A stretch of 56,107 bases of DNA from Trichomonas gallinae (GCA_008369845.1 MRSU01000862.1:1-56107), one strand, 5' to 3'; counted from the first letter of the stretch, positions 1 to 11,394 are shown. Numbers and translations are program-made. The notes: generated from the sequence alone by a model not told the origin.

Positions 1-2
1 TT

Positions 3-548
3 ATTGGAGGCTATGGAGGCCCAAATGCAGGAGACGGATCAGGAAATGAGTTTGTCCCAGATATAACAATGAGAATCAACTTCACAGGCAAAGGAGCTCG
101 GATAAATCACCCTGGAATTGGAGGCTGGTATTATCAATGGAATGAAGACCCTGATGGAATCGTTCACGATCCATGCTATGCTGGAAATGGAACGAGACTA
201 AAAGGTGGAGATGCTTGTACGACAGCTTACGCATCAGCCTCTAGTGGTGGAGGTGGGTATTTCGGTGGTGGAGGTGGTGCAGACGTCGCTGGAGGGGGTG
301 GTGGAAGTAGTTACGCTTCTCCCATCTTAAGCTCGATTGTTTTGCTCGATGGCAATGTTTACTTCAATAGTCCTGACAACCAACCGGAACTAGGACATGG
401 TGGCAATGGACACATCATCATTGAAGAAACATTGGAAGATTTTTCTTACCGAGTTGGCTGCAAAAATCAAGAAACATTGAATATAGATTATGTTTGCTTT
501 AATTCAGTTTTCATTCAATTTGCTATCCAATTAGCAGTAGTATGTTAG
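3..548 (+). CDS. Glycine-rich protein (ALK/LTK-like Gly-rich domain, trichomonad 'loricrin-like' family), 5' end truncated by the window edge
   Basis: Frame is open from position 3 (IGGYGGPNAGDGSG...). Contains GGGGYFGGGGG...GGGGSSY and GHGGNGHIII motifs typical of the family, and a hydrophobic C-terminal tail. Confidence 0.75.
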   Translation: MGGYGGPNAGDGSGNEFVPDITMRINFTGKGARINHPGIGGWYYQWNEDPDGIVHDPCYAGNGTRLKGGDACTTAYASASSGGGGYFGGGGGADVAGGGGGSSYASPILSSIVLLDGNVYFNSPDNQPELGHGGNGHIIIEETLEDFSYRVGCKNQETLNIDYVCFNSVFIQFAIQLAVVC

Positions 549-856
549 TGATATTTCATCAAACAAATACTATTTAAAAATTGAATATAATATCATCAAA
601 ATGAAATTAAATAAATGATTAAAATTATATGTATTTATCAAGTTTTACTTATCACGCATGGCTGTTCAATGCATTAAATCAAATAATGAGAAATATTGAT
701 ATGATAATAAATTTACTCTATTACAAGAATTAACCTGTTTTAATTGAATTCAATGAAGCATCCAATACAGCCTTATAGCCATGTCGAATATATATAATAA
801 ATATTAAGACAACATAGCATTGAACATCGTTTAGGAAAGCATATTTTATTGTCTTT

Positions 857-935
857 GTGACTGACAAAAATAGCAATACACCTTTGAATCTTGCTGCATA
901 TTTTGACCATCATGATGTCAATTCAAAAGATATTT
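857..935 (+). pseudogene. Ankyrin-repeat remnant
   Basis: DKNSNTPLNLAAYFDHHDVNSKD resembles the ankyrin TPLHxAA...DVNxKD consensus with an internal deletion. No ATG start or intact gene. Confidence 0.45.
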
Positions 936-1110
936 CAGTGGAATTGCAATCAATTTGGTGCTATAATGAGATGGTATTGAATCATTTGATAAATCAACAT
1001 TTATCAATAAAAATGCATAATTTGTACAGAAAACTATGTATAATGGACCTAATATCATAATGAACTGAGAAAAATATTAAAAAAACAACTTTTGTAAAAA
1101 ATTGTTTGCT

Positions 1111-1120
1111 GTCACTTTTT
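1111..1120 (+). promoter_or_regulatory. Initiator-like element (TCACT within GTCACTTTTT)
   Basis: TCAYT matches the trichomonad Inr consensus and lies immediately 5' of the ATG at 1122. Confidence 0.65.
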
Positions 1121-1121
1121 A

Positions 1122-4100
1122 ATGGAAGCTGAAGATTTTTTTAAGTTTATTTCTGAGAATTATGTTGGCGGCATGAAAAAAGCCAAGAAGATATTTTCTC
1201 AGGGAAGCGAGAACTTCGATGATTATAGCGAAAAGATGAAAAACTCAGCAAAATTTGATCGATGCTTAATTAATGATGATGACACTAGCGTTTACATTAC
1301 ATGCAAAGAATGCTGCTATTCTTCAGTTTCCATATTATGTCTCAAATGCTTCCAACCTGAAAAGCACCAAGGACATCACTTATCGATTATTATGAGCAAT
1401 ACAGCTGTCTGCGATTGCGGCAATCCATTAGCTATAAATGAGTCTGGCTGGTGCGATGAGCATCTCAAACATCAAAAAATCGAACCATTAGATCCAAATC
1501 GAAGAAATGAAATTTCAAATATCGTCAAAGGATTATTAAATTACGCTGTTTCAATTGTAGAAAAAAAGAACTTCAAGAAAGTCATAAATTTAGTCGAAAA
1601 TGTTTCCAGCTGGGGAATAGAATACATGGATATTGTCGCCGAGACACTTTTCCAAGGTTCTTACCAAGAAAACATTTTTGGACGATTAATGGAATCATAT
1701 AAAACTATAACTCCACAAAATATAGAAGCACTGGACCATTTCTTCAACAGAATCGTCACTGCTCAGGCCTTTAAGAGCGGTTTTGAAAAGTTTTCGCCGA
1801 ATTTATTGGAAAGATCATTGAAATGTTTTACTGATAAAAATTTTTTGAAAGAAAGCTTGAAAGTTTTATCATTAAGTTCCCAATGCTTCAGTGAAGCTCA
1901 AGATCTTGACAAATATGATAATTATCTCCCAAAGATTTACGAATCATATGGAACAGCTTTGAATTTCTTCATTTTAGATAATCCTAAAAGATTTATGCCA
2001 AACTTTTTGAATGACGAAACACTTGGATACTTTTATGAAATGCCGCTTCAAGTTTTGAAAAACGAAGACTTCCTAAGAAAATCTTTCATCAACAATCCGA
2101 AAGAAACAGCAGAAGCAATGATAAAAATAATTTCATGCACAAATAAAGTTCCTGTAATTAAAAGAAAAACTGATGAAAAAGAACAATACGATAATGATCA
2201 TTGTATATTATCATATGACTTCCAATATTCATTCTCAGAATATATCAAGATTTTATCAAAGAAGTTAGCGCAAATACACAAAAATGATATTACAGAACAA
2301 GATAAGCAAAAAACGCAAAATTCTGTTTACCAAATATTTAATGTTTTTTGTCAAATATGTAACGAGAAAGTTTCAAAGCAAACTACTTCTTTCGGCCAGG
2401 AAATCTTTTTCATTGATCCTTTGGTCGATGAATTTTCTTTCTTTTACCCAACATATGATATTCTTCTGTTTTGTCTTGCAAGATATTGTTCTGTTAATAA
2501 TTATTCGCCTTACAAACTTTTAATTGACTCTGGTGTAACTGATGATGAAATCTTTTCGATTGTTGCTGTAATATGTGCAAGAACCGGAGGAATTTTCGCC
2601 GCAAGTAGTAAATTATTTGTCAAGAATGTTGATGGAGTTGCTTTCGTTGCTAATTTGATGCAGTGCTCGCCTCACGTTTTTCTCGATTTATTCATGGCTT
2701 CGCAGCTTTGTGAAGAAAATCCAGGAATGTTTATCAAAATTATGTCAGAATCATTTGGCTTGAAGCATTTCTTGAAAGATGAAAATGACATTGAAGAGTT
2801 GTCATTGTTTATTTCAACATTGATAAGAAATTTAATTGTTCTCGCTTTATATAAGAATTATTCGGAATTATACGTGTCAGAGAATGATTATTTGAAGAAC
2901 ATGTTGATTTGTTTCATCGAAACTGGCTGCAAGAACAGGCAGATGCTTGATACAATGAAGATAAGATTTGACGTAAGAGTGAATTTCGATGACACAATAA
3001 ACGAAGTCGCAAATGTTGAAAGATTAATAAGTGGAAGTGTTTTGAAATTGAAAGATTCTGTTGAAGTTCCGGTTTTCTCTCCTTATTTATCTTATTCTGA
3101 TTTCCAGACATATATATCGAAGAACCAAGGAAGTTTGTCAACTATTCCTGAAATTGTCGACAAGTTTTTCATTTTGTCTGATGAATTATTAATGCTTTTG
3201 CAGATGATTGTCAAAGAATGCGAAAATGACAACAGAAGATTCACTTTCGAACTTTTATATTCTTTGGTTCATTTATTCAGGATTATTCTCAAATTTACTG
3301 ACAACAAAGACAAATATTCTTGTATTATCAAGGCTGTTATTGATTTAAGCATCAAGAACAAATTGGGAACAAGTTTAGTTTCTCAGTTTTGCATCGAAAA
3401 TCCAGAATTCAAAGTTGAAAAAGAAGAGGATCAAATGAAATTAACCAAGCCTTCAATGAAAGATTTAGTTGGAATGATGATGCCAGACATTGAATCTTCA
3501 AGTTCTGAAGATGAAAAAGAAGAAGATAACAAGCAAAATGAAGTTAACTGCGCATTTTGTACGTGTCAAATCAGAGATTTATCACAAAGCGGTTTATTAG
3601 TTACATGTTTCAGGACTAATTTACTGACTGTTTGTGAGAATGCTATTTCGCATGTAGAGCTCCCAAGATTCCCTTCTTTCGCACAGATGAGAACTTGCGG
3701 ACATATTTGCCACGAATGTTGTTTCCCGAAAGACGAAGACACAGATGAGCTGCCTCCAGAACTGAGAGTTTTTGCTCCTAAAAAGGAAGTTAACTGTCCA
3801 CTAGATAGATCACACGCTGATTGCATGCTGCCAATTGTTAAGTTCGAGAATATAGAAGAAGATAAGAAGAGAGTTGCCAAATTTGAAGCATCAATCAAAG
3901 CAATTTCCGCTGAAATTTCTTTGCGACAAAACGTTTTGCAAAACATTTGCTTGTATGAAATTTTGCTGAGAAATGACGAATCGAACATTTGCAAGCCGAC
4001 AATAAGGAAATTATTCTCTTATTTGATCAAAGCATCATTTTTAGCTGAAGATTCTCCAGCTATTTTCGATGATGTTTTCATCCAATTCGGTTGTAAGCTT

Positions 4101-4889
4101 TTCAACACAGATTTTAATTCAAGAAAAGAAAACTTTGAGAAAATTTTGCATGAAATGTGGCAGCAGATTGTTGTCGTTTATAAATTGACGAATGAAGAAG
4201 ACTGCTTGATGACATTCATAAGAAGAGCTGTTTTGCTGTTGGATTTAATCGACGAGGAAAAGGAAATCAAATTCCCAACTCTTGACGAATTCATCAAAAC
4301 TTATCATTTGACTGAAATTGATTCAGTCAAAGAGGACATATCATTAGTTGTTGCGTCTCAACCGGCGCCATGCAGAAAGTATGTTTTCCCGAAGTTGCCG
4401 CAGAATTTCACTGAATTTTTCATCATGGAGAACAAAGATTTGTTGAAAGCATTGTGCAGATCTGATATTTCAGTCTGCAGGTGTTTAGCTTGTGGACAGT
4501 TCATATACACAGTGCTGCCAGGAAAATCTGTGGCTGTGCCAGTTAAAGGACTCGAAAGCATTCATTCGCACATTGTTTCATGCATGAATGGATCAGCAAC
4601 ACCGATTTTGTTCATTACTGGTCCAAACGCCTCTGCTGTTGATGCAATTGACGCCAACTTCCCTATTAAATGCAGGTGCGAGAGTATCTACGTTGATAAC
4701 TTCGCTGACTCTGATGTTGGTCTTCAGCGCGGATCGATTTTGCACCTCGATGACAAAATTTGTAATATTTTGGCATCACAGATGATGAGCGGAGAGTTAA
4801 GAAGATTCGTTGAAAATCGTGACCCAATCACAGTGGAAGAACTCATCCAGCAGCAGATTGCTCTGCAAAGACAAGCTGGACTACTTTAA
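1122..4889 (+). CDS. UBR-box / RING E3 ubiquitin ligase (N-recognin, UBR1/2/3-like)
   Basis: N-terminal UBR zinc finger (CKEC...LCLKCF...HQGH...CDCGNP...CDEH), RING-like CAFC...TCGHICHECC...CPLD, and C-terminal SIYVDNFADSDVGLQRGSILHL matching the UBR1-family C-terminal motif. Confidence 0.9.
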   Translation: MEAEDFFKFISENYVGGMKKAKKIFSQGSENFDDYSEKMKNSAKFDRCLINDDDTSVYITCKECCYSSVSILCLKCFQPEKHQGHHLSIIMSNTAVCDCGNPLAINESGWCDEHLKHQKIEPLDPNRRNEISNIVKGLLNYAVSIVEKKNFKKVINLVENVSSWGIEYMDIVAETLFQGSYQENIFGRLMESYKTITPQNIEALDHFFNRIVTAQAFKSGFEKFSPNLLERSLKCFTDKNFLKESLKVLSLSSQCFSEAQDLDKYDNYLPKIYESYGTALNFFILDNPKRFMPNFLNDETLGYFYEMPLQVLKNEDFLRKSFINNPKETAEAMIKIISCTNKVPVIKRKTDEKEQYDNDHCILSYDFQYSFSEYIKILSKKLAQIHKNDITEQDKQKTQNSVYQIFNVFCQICNEKVSKQTTSFGQEIFFIDPLVDEFSFFYPTYDILLFCLARYCSVNNYSPYKLLIDSGVTDDEIFSIVAVICARTGGIFAASSKLFVKNVDGVAFVANLMQCSPHVFLDLFMASQLCEENPGMFIKIMSESFGLKHFLKDENDIEELSLFISTLIRNLIVLALYKNYSELYVSENDYLKNMLICFIETGCKNRQMLDTMKIRFDVRVNFDDTINEVANVERLISGSVLKLKDSVEVPVFSPYLSYSDFQTYISKNQGSLSTIPEIVDKFFILSDELLMLLQMIVKECENDNRRFTFELLYSLVHLFRIILKFTDNKDKYSCIIKAVIDLSIKNKLGTSLVSQFCIENPEFKVEKEEDQMKLTKPSMKDLVGMMMPDIESSSSEDEKEEDNKQNEVNCAFCTCQIRDLSQSGLLVTCFRTNLLTVCENAISHVELPRFPSFAQMRTCGHICHECCFPKDEDTDELPPELRVFAPKKEVNCPLDRSHADCMLPIVKFENIEEDKKRVAKFEASIKAISAEISLRQNVLQNICLYEILLRNDESNICKPTIRKLFSYLIKASFLAEDSPAIFDDVFIQFGCKLFNTDFNSRKENFEKILHEMWQQIVVVYKLTNEEDCLMTFIRRAVLLLDLIDEEKEIKFPTLDEFIKTYHLTEIDSVKEDISLVVASQPAPCRKYVFPKLPQNFTEFFIMENKDLLKALCRSDISVCRCLACGQFIYTVLPGKSVAVPVKGLESIHSHIVSCMNGSATPILFITGPNASAVDAIDANFPIKCRCESIYVDNFADSDVGLQRGSILHLDDKICNILASQMMSGELRRFVENRDPITVEELIQQQIALQRQAGLL

Positions 4890-5865
4890 TTTTAATTTAA
4901 TTTGTGTATATAATAAATTGTTTCATATTAAATATAGCAATTATAACTCGATGTAACATTACAGAATCATATAAATGTGCTAATTTGTTTAATCAATATG
5001 ATTCTGTTGTGATTGTTAAAATTATGCCGCATAACTGCGAGGAAATAGCGGACTTATGTCAGCATAATAATTCAAAAACAAAATTACCTATTACTCTTAC
5101 TTCGGGATGATTTTTCAGAAATTTCAAGCGACAATGAATGTGGAGAGTTTAAGCAACCCGAAATCTTCATGCTTGTAATGTTATCTATGGATGCATTTCG
5201 CGGCAACTCCGAAAATAAGAAACCACCAGAAATAATTTTGCAGTATTTTTGGGCAATTTTTGGATATATGGATTTGTTATTAACTATATTTGTTGATTAT
5301 CAAGATAAAAGTTAGTAGTGTAAACGATTTCGTTTGCAAAAAAATTAAGATTTGCAGGAAACTTTAAAATTATTAAACAATAATATGAAATATTCTAAAT
5401 TACACAAAATAATCGAGCAAAGCCAAAAAATGATGATTGGCAAAACGTGACAAATTTTAATCAAAAATTCATATTTATTCCGCTTATTAATAGTCGAATC
5501 TATTTTTAAATTTTGTTGAGTCAAAATGAAAAACCGTTAAAATAAACAATATAAAATGTCACTTTTGGGCATACCTTGTCAGATCTTTTTTGTTTTATAT
5601 CGATTAGCTATATGATATATTTTAGATTTTCGTATTTTCAGCTCTTAAAACCGAGAGAAAAAAATTTGAATTTAAAAAAATATCCATTTGAGATTTTGTT
5701 GTATATTATAATATGTATAAAAATGAAATGAATTGAAAGGTGACTTTTCTTTCAAAATGTAATAATTTGACATGTAAATATTTGAATTTTTTCTCACAAA
5801 TATTTTCAATGAAAATCATACATTCAAGTCAGATATTGTATAATTTGGGGATAATCAACATAATA

Positions 5866-5873
5866 AAAGTGAC
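5866..5873 (+). promoter_or_regulatory. AAAGTGAC upstream motif
   Basis: About 40 bp upstream of the ATG at 5911. The same octamer lies upstream of the La gene (about 14350-14357, minus strand) and the subtilisin gene (about 39773-39780, minus strand). I recall it as an over-represented T. vaginalis upstream motif. Confidence 0.5.
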
Positions 5874-5910
5874 GTTGTATTTTTTGACATGTAAAGTTTA
5901 ATAAATATTG

Positions 5911-8091
5911 ATGAATTTCCAATATCTCAAAACTGGCTGGTGTAAGAAGGAAGGACACATCGTCAAGAACATTAAAAACAGATTCTTCAGACTTGAATTC
6001 GACAAACTCAGTTATTATACAGATGAATCAGGAAAATTCAAAGGTGATATCCCAATTTTTGAAGAAACAAAGTTTGTCGACTCAGTATCCGAAGATGGAG
6101 AGCCAATGATCATAATTGAAGGCAAGCGAAATGTAAAATACAAGCTTTTCCCGCCATCATTCGATGAAAGAAACGACTGGATTGCTGTTTTAAGGAATAC
6201 CGTCAAGTTTTGCGGTGGCTGCAGGAACCAGCACGTGAAGGACAACTTTCTCAAGATTTTTCAGAACTATATTCGCCCAACGGAATTTTTATTCAGCGCG
6301 AACGAAGATATGTTCATATTCACTTCCAACTTGTTCACCAATAAGATAAAAGACGAGGTGTACACCGTCCAGGAGTTTTTCGGAATTCTTTCACATTTTG
6401 CTGAATTAAATCCAACGCATTTGAAATATTACATCAAAATGGCGTCAACAATAATCAAAAGTCTTTCGCTTACAGACTCTATTGAAGCCTTAGGAATGTC
6501 ACAGACTTTTGCCAAATTATTCGAACAATACAAAGACGATTTGAACGAAAACAGGATGATTTTCTATCCAGCGGGAGATATAAGGAACGCACTCATCAAA
6601 GATGACCTCGATTACTTCAAGATTTGTCCGCAAGCTGACAATCCAACAAAATACAAAGCCGGAGAGTTGTCGCTCCTCGCTGCAGCCGCTCTATACGGTG
6701 CGACGAGCATATTCAAATTCTTGCAGAAGAAATGCGAAGTTGATCAACAAGTAATTATGATGGCTTACGCTGGAGGAGACGAGAAAATCATACAAATGAT
6801 CCGCAAAGAGTTCAACAAGATGAATGCTGACATCGTTGCAGCAATGGCCATTCATTCGCGTAATCTCGAATTATATACTTACACGACACAGAAAGACGCT
6901 ACTTCTTTCCCATGGGTTCCAGTACTCACAAATTACAACATGTTTTCGTTCTTTAACAAGCTTTTCGGCGCGATTTCACTAAATGCAACAGATATCGAAG
7001 GAAATACGGCATTACATGCTGCCGCTGCTACAGGAATCATCTCTATCGTTAAAATGTTGATAGAGTTTGAGGTTCAAATCGATGTAGTAGGAAAAGACAA
7101 GAAAACGCCATTTTATCTCGCAATTGAAAACGATAAACTCGAAGCTGCTGAGCTTTTACTTAATGCTGGAGCTAACATCGAATCACCTGATAATAACGGC
7201 ACAACTCCTTTAATTCAGGCTGCAATTAACGGATCGAAGAAGGCCGTCGAATTTTTGGTTTTGAAGAACGCCAATATCAATGCTATCAATGTAAACAACT
7301 GCAGCGCTCTCGGCGAAGCTGTTAGACACAATAATATCGAAATTGCAACATTTTTACTCGAACACGGCGCCAAAGATGAAGGAGCTAAAGTTGATGGCAT
7401 AGATATCCTCCAATACACGATTGCTAAAGGATTCCAAACAATTTCTTGCGTTTTGATCTTATACGGTGCAAGAATCGACAATATTGACATAAATATCAGC
7501 TTAGTGAATGGTACACCACTTGTTCTTGCCATCAAATACAAAAATGTTCCATTATTAAAGAACGTTATTAATTATTATCCAGATATTGGACTCAAATTCG
7601 AAGATAAATACCCAATAGAATACGCTGTTGAAGGTGGCAGCTTAGATGTCGTCAGAACATTAATAGAAAATGGTGCAGATATTCATACAAGAGATCCAAA
7701 CGGTAACACATTATTAATGATTGCTGCCAAGTATGACTACATCGATATATTCGAGTATTTGATTCGCCAAGGCGTAGAAGTCGTCACCATGAATAAATCA
7801 GGACAAAATGTCCAAAAAGTTGCTCAAGAAGCAAACGCAGAGAAAGTTCTCAAGTACATGAAGACAGAGCAGTTCGCAGAAAATGAAAAGATGAACTTCA
7901 ATCCCTCTAAAGAGACAAATGTTAATTCTTTGTGCTCATCTGGTCCTTCCAGCAGCGATTTCAGGACAATTCCAACGAATGACGAAGAAGAACCAGAGGC
8001 TCAAACAATTCTCAACATTCCTCCTCCACAGCAAGTTGCTAATCTTCCTGAAAGCTCAGAAGAAGATTCTGGATCAGGAGTCTCAGTATGA
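5911..8091 (+). CDS. PH domain plus ankyrin repeat protein
   Basis: N-terminal PH domain (KTGWCKKEGHIVKNIKNRFFRL...ERNDWIAVL), a helical region resembling trichomonad DUF3447-type ankyrin proteins (AAALYGATSIFKFL), about 8 ankyrin repeats (GNTALHAAA, GTTPLIQAA, GNTLLMIAA) and an acidic tail. First ATG at 5911. Confidence 0.9.
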   Translation: MNFQYLKTGWCKKEGHIVKNIKNRFFRLEFDKLSYYTDESGKFKGDIPIFEETKFVDSVSEDGEPMIIIEGKRNVKYKLFPPSFDERNDWIAVLRNTVKFCGGCRNQHVKDNFLKIFQNYIRPTEFLFSANEDMFIFTSNLFTNKIKDEVYTVQEFFGILSHFAELNPTHLKYYIKMASTIIKSLSLTDSIEALGMSQTFAKLFEQYKDDLNENRMIFYPAGDIRNALIKDDLDYFKICPQADNPTKYKAGELSLLAAAALYGATSIFKFLQKKCEVDQQVIMMAYAGGDEKIIQMIRKEFNKMNADIVAAMAIHSRNLELYTYTTQKDATSFPWVPVLTNYNMFSFFNKLFGAISLNATDIEGNTALHAAAATGIISIVKMLIEFEVQIDVVGKDKKTPFYLAIENDKLEAAELLLNAGANIESPDNNGTTPLIQAAINGSKKAVEFLVLKNANINAINVNNCSALGEAVRHNNIEIATFLLEHGAKDEGAKVDGIDILQYTIAKGFQTISCVLILYGARIDNIDINISLVNGTPLVLAIKYKNVPLLKNVINYYPDIGLKFEDKYPIEYAVEGGSLDVVRTLIENGADIHTRDPNGNTLLMIAAKYDYIDIFEYLIRQGVEVVTMNKSGQNVQKVAQEANAEKVLKYMKTEQFAENEKMNFNPSKETNVNSLCSSGPSSSDFRTIPTNDEEEPEAQTILNIPPPQQVANLPESSEEDSGSGVSV

Positions 8092-8334
8092 TCAATTTTG
8101 TTAATTTCTTAAATAATCGGTTTATATATTTTACATCAACTCAAGCAATTTATGTTATAGAAATATTTGAATTTTAAAATTATGGATTTTGATATTTATT
8201 TCGATGTGCTCCGTTTTTAAACAATAATCGAATAATTTGTAGGGAAAATTCTGATTGAGAATTCATTTGTTTATTTTTTTGTCGGGAAATACGTCAAAAT
8301 AGAATCATCTATAAAGTTAATTTTCATAATTAAA

Positions 8335-8830
8335 TTGCACCTTCTTTCAACATCTTTACAACTTCATGATGATTGTTGAAGAAGCATAAATCAAAGATGT
8401 TCTGTTAAAACTGTCTTTTGCGTTGACATCAATTCCAGGAACTGTGAGAAGGAGTTTGACAATTTCATTATACCCTTCTACTGAAGCCAAAATCAAAGCT
8501 GTTCAGTTTAAATTGTCTTTTTCGTTGACGTCGATTCCAGGAACCGTGAGAAGGAGTTTGACAACTTCATGATGGCTATATCTTGATGCATAGATCAAAG
8601 TTCTAAAAAAGCATTCGTTTTTTGCGTTGACATTGATTCCATGAACTGAGAGAAGGAGTTTGACAATCTCAAAATGACCTTTTATTGAAGCACAGATCAA
8701 AGCTGTTCTTTTTAATTTGTTTCTACAGCTATTATCAATGACAAATTCGATCAAAAGATGAAACAAGTCCTGCTTATTTATTCTGCTGCTTGAATAAAGA
8801 TGCTATTGCCATTTTCACCCTTTCTTGTCA
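8335..8830 (-). pseudogene. Ankyrin repeat pseudogene (LLLTVPGIDVNAKD family)
   Basis: Three to four repeats of TALIxAS...HxEIVKLLLTVPGIDVNxK. In-frame TGA at 8503-8505 where the related copy has TGG (NWTALI); the repeats continue past it. Further stop and frameshift lesions at both ends. Confidence 0.85.
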
Positions 8831-9083
8831 CGTAAACAAATTTCTCTTTAACAAATTTCGTAGATTTCAAGAATTAATATTTTGATAAATCATACATTTA
8901 TATATGCAAATATTATTTTGATGAGAAATATTATATAATACTCATCTTATTTTATCGAAAACATAAATATTTATCACGTTTTTCTAACAATTTAAAAGAT
9001 GTGTAAAAATGAAATTGAGTAGAGGATATACTATATAATTTTTATTAGCAATTGAAATCTAGCGAAAATAGATTTCATTGAAT

Positions 9084-9434
9084 TTATAAGTGTGCGTATT
9101 CGTCGTGAACTTGTGGTCTAGAACAGAACCTAACAATAAGATCAATCATAAGACCAACAGCAATAACTAAGGATCCGATAATATATCTATTTTTCTGAAT
9201 TGCGTCACCGCCAAGTGTCTCAATACACCTGATATCTGTCTGACGAGTAACATGTTCGCATGTTGTTTCGTTCAAAGCGACTGTAGAAACGCATTTGTCT
9301 TCGGCCGCTGTTTTTCCGAAGCAGAAAAAGCAGGAATCTTTGTGCTCCATGCACAGCAGGCATGAACTGTTGTAACTTGAGCATGGGTCGTGTTCAGGAC
9401 CCGAAATAGCCAACGAAAACAGGAAAGAAAACAT
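9084..9434 (-). CDS. Small type I membrane protein with a Cys-rich PSI-like ectodomain (PTTG1IP-like architecture)
   Basis: Short signal peptide MFSFLFSLAIS, C-x6-C-x2-C-x6-C-x2-C cysteine pattern, one TM helix (YIIGSLVIAVGLMIDLIV) and a terminal YAHL. Confidence 0.7.
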   Translation of the reverse strand: MFSFLFSLAISGPEHDPCSSYNSSCLLCMEHKDSCFFCFGKTAAEDKCVSTVALNETTCEHVTRQTDIRCIETLGGDAIQKNRYIIGSLVIAVGLMIDLIVRFCSRPQVHDEYAHL

Positions 9435-10012
9435 TTTTTGTATTTTCTATCGTCTACTTTTCATAGTTATTGATTTCTCATTTTGATTACATTTTCGTTT
9501 ATATTATATGTTAGCGGAGCTCCGATTAAAATTTCAGCTCGCAAATCTCGATATTTAAAATAAGTTTAAAAAAATATCGAAATTGGAGCTTCTTATTTTA
9601 GATATAAATTAGAAAATATTTTGTTATAAACATTTTATAATCAAAATTGTCTAAAACTGTTTATAAATTTTTTTTCAATAATATTCATTATTCAAAGATT
9701 TGCGAAAGTAATTTGACTATTATTCAAGAATATATAGCGAATTTTCATTGTATTTTCGTTTTTAATATGTTATTTGTTTCATTGAAAATTATTATTAATG
9801 AAAAAGATTGATTTTATTGATTTTGCAAGCTAGGAAATGCTAATATTATTACCATTTATTGTGTTAAAAAGATGTTAATGATAAAATTTTGCTTAGAAAA
9901 AAATAATTTGAATTTAGATTTTAAATATGAGTTTGGTAACAAAGGGAACTAAATGTGATGAATTGTGTAGCTTATAATATTCAGTTTTATTATAATCATC
10001 CGCAGAAACACT

Positions 10013-11344
10013 TCAAACTTTATCCGTGTGCTTCTGATATCCAGCGAGAAGAGGCTGCTTCTTCGGCTCCTTGGATGCAAGGATTGGCTCCTTTGGCAAT
10101 TTGTCGCCTGGCTGCCAAGCCTTTCCGACTCCTTTCTTCTCAGCGATGTGCTCATCAATATCATCGAGTTCAACGATCAATGGCTGGGTGTCGTCGTTCT
10201 CTTCGCTGTTGACAAACAGCAATCCGTGTGCGCCAGATCTTGGTCTGAAATAATATCCAAACATTATGAAGATTAAGAGCTGGAGTAAGGCGGAGACGAG
10301 GTCTCTGATCCAGTACGGGCCATCTAATATAACAATGATGGAAACAGTGACGAAATATACGAAAATCGAAATTGCAACCATATTAAATACATTTGTGTAG
10401 ATAAGGAACTTATCTGCGATCGGTGTCGTCGATGGGTCGATGCCCTCGCGATCAATAACTGTCATATGTGCAAGAATAATCTTTCGTGCGTGATTTATCT
10501 TCTTGATGGCAACCCAGAGACAGAATGCGATGACAGCGAACTCACCAACCAAAATAACGGCGGCGAGGATAAGTGATGTCGAGTAATGAGCGCCTGCCTC
10601 CAATCCGAAGAAAAGCGCTGGAGCTAAGTAAGACAAAGCGACGTCTAATATAGAGAAATCTGTGTGGATGAAGCACCACCCTGAGGCTACAAGGATGATT
10701 GTGCCAAATAAGGAACTCAAATAAATAATATCAATAACATCGAAAATAATCGAATATGTAAGGGATCCATCGTGGTCACTGATGTTCTTGAGGTAAATGT
10801 ATTCTGTTATAATGAGAAGAGCGAACAAAATAAACAAAATTGTGAAGGCATAGTGTAGTGGATTTAATTTGCTCTTCTTGCAAACATTGTAGATCACCCA
10901 GAATAGCACGCACGCTGAAACTATGCCGAATATTGTTGGCTGGATGACCAATGAGGGCTGTTCGCGAGAATCTAAATAACTCTTCGGATTTTTCATGCGA
11001 AACTCGGCATCAAAAACTAAACCACTGATACCTGGGTAGCAATCTCTGAATGATGGATACAAAACTGTGTCTTTATCTATTGTTCCTTCGATCCATTGAT
11101 CTTGATTTGCATAATGCCAAATTATGTGTGGAAATTTAGTTGGAGCACCGCACTGTGGGATGTCACGGATCTCCGAGCTTGTCAAGAAAGCGAATTGGAA
11201 TGAGCGGGTTGTATTTTTCCTGCATGTTATTTTAACTTGGTATTTTCCGCCATTTTGGAAGCCGAAAGATGGTAAAATAGTCTCAGGGAGATCCATTGTC
11301 ATTACGTATTTCTGCTTAAAACAAAGTAAGAGACTCAAAAACAT
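10013..11344 (-). CDS. Seven-transmembrane protein, GOST / lung 7TM (GPR107/GPR108/TMEM87-like)
   Basis: Signal peptide, about 120-aa lumenal domain ending in NPKSYLDSRE, seven hydrophobic helices including ILVASGWCFI, and YYFRP followed by an acidic tail. Confidence 0.8.
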   Translation of the reverse strand: MFLSLLLCFKQKYVMTMDLPETILPSFGFQNGGKYQVKITCRKNTTRSFQFAFLTSSEIRDIPQCGAPTKFPHIIWHYANQDQWIEGTIDKDTVLYPSFRDCYPGISGLVFDAEFRMKNPKSYLDSREQPSLVIQPTIFGIVSACVLFWVIYNVCKKSKLNPLHYAFTILFILFALLIITEYIYLKNISDHDGSLTYSIIFDVIDIIYLSSLFGTIILVASGWCFIHTDFSILDVALSYLAPALFFGLEAGAHYSTSLILAAVILVGEFAVIAFCLWVAIKKINHARKIILAHMTVIDREGIDPSTTPIADKFLIYTNVFNMVAISIFVYFVTVSIIVILDGPYWIRDLVSALLQLLIFIMFGYYFRPRSGAHGLLFVNSEENDDTQPLIVELDDIDEHIAEKKGVGKAWQPGDKLPKEPILASKEPKKQPLLAGYQKHTDKV

Positions 11345-11385
11345 TTATAGTAAATTATTACGACGATAAAACGACGATAAACATC

Positions 11386-11394
11386 CAGCGGTTT
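11386..11394 (-). promoter_or_regulatory. M3-like (Myb-recognition-like) core promoter element
   Basis: AACCGCTG on the minus strand fits DRCSGYTD and lies about 45 bp upstream of the ATG at 11344. Confidence 0.4.

Noticed and set aside
11360..11381. ACGACGATAAA two-copy tandem repeat upstream of the 7TM gene
   Set aside because: Two copies of 11 bp are consistent with simple slippage.
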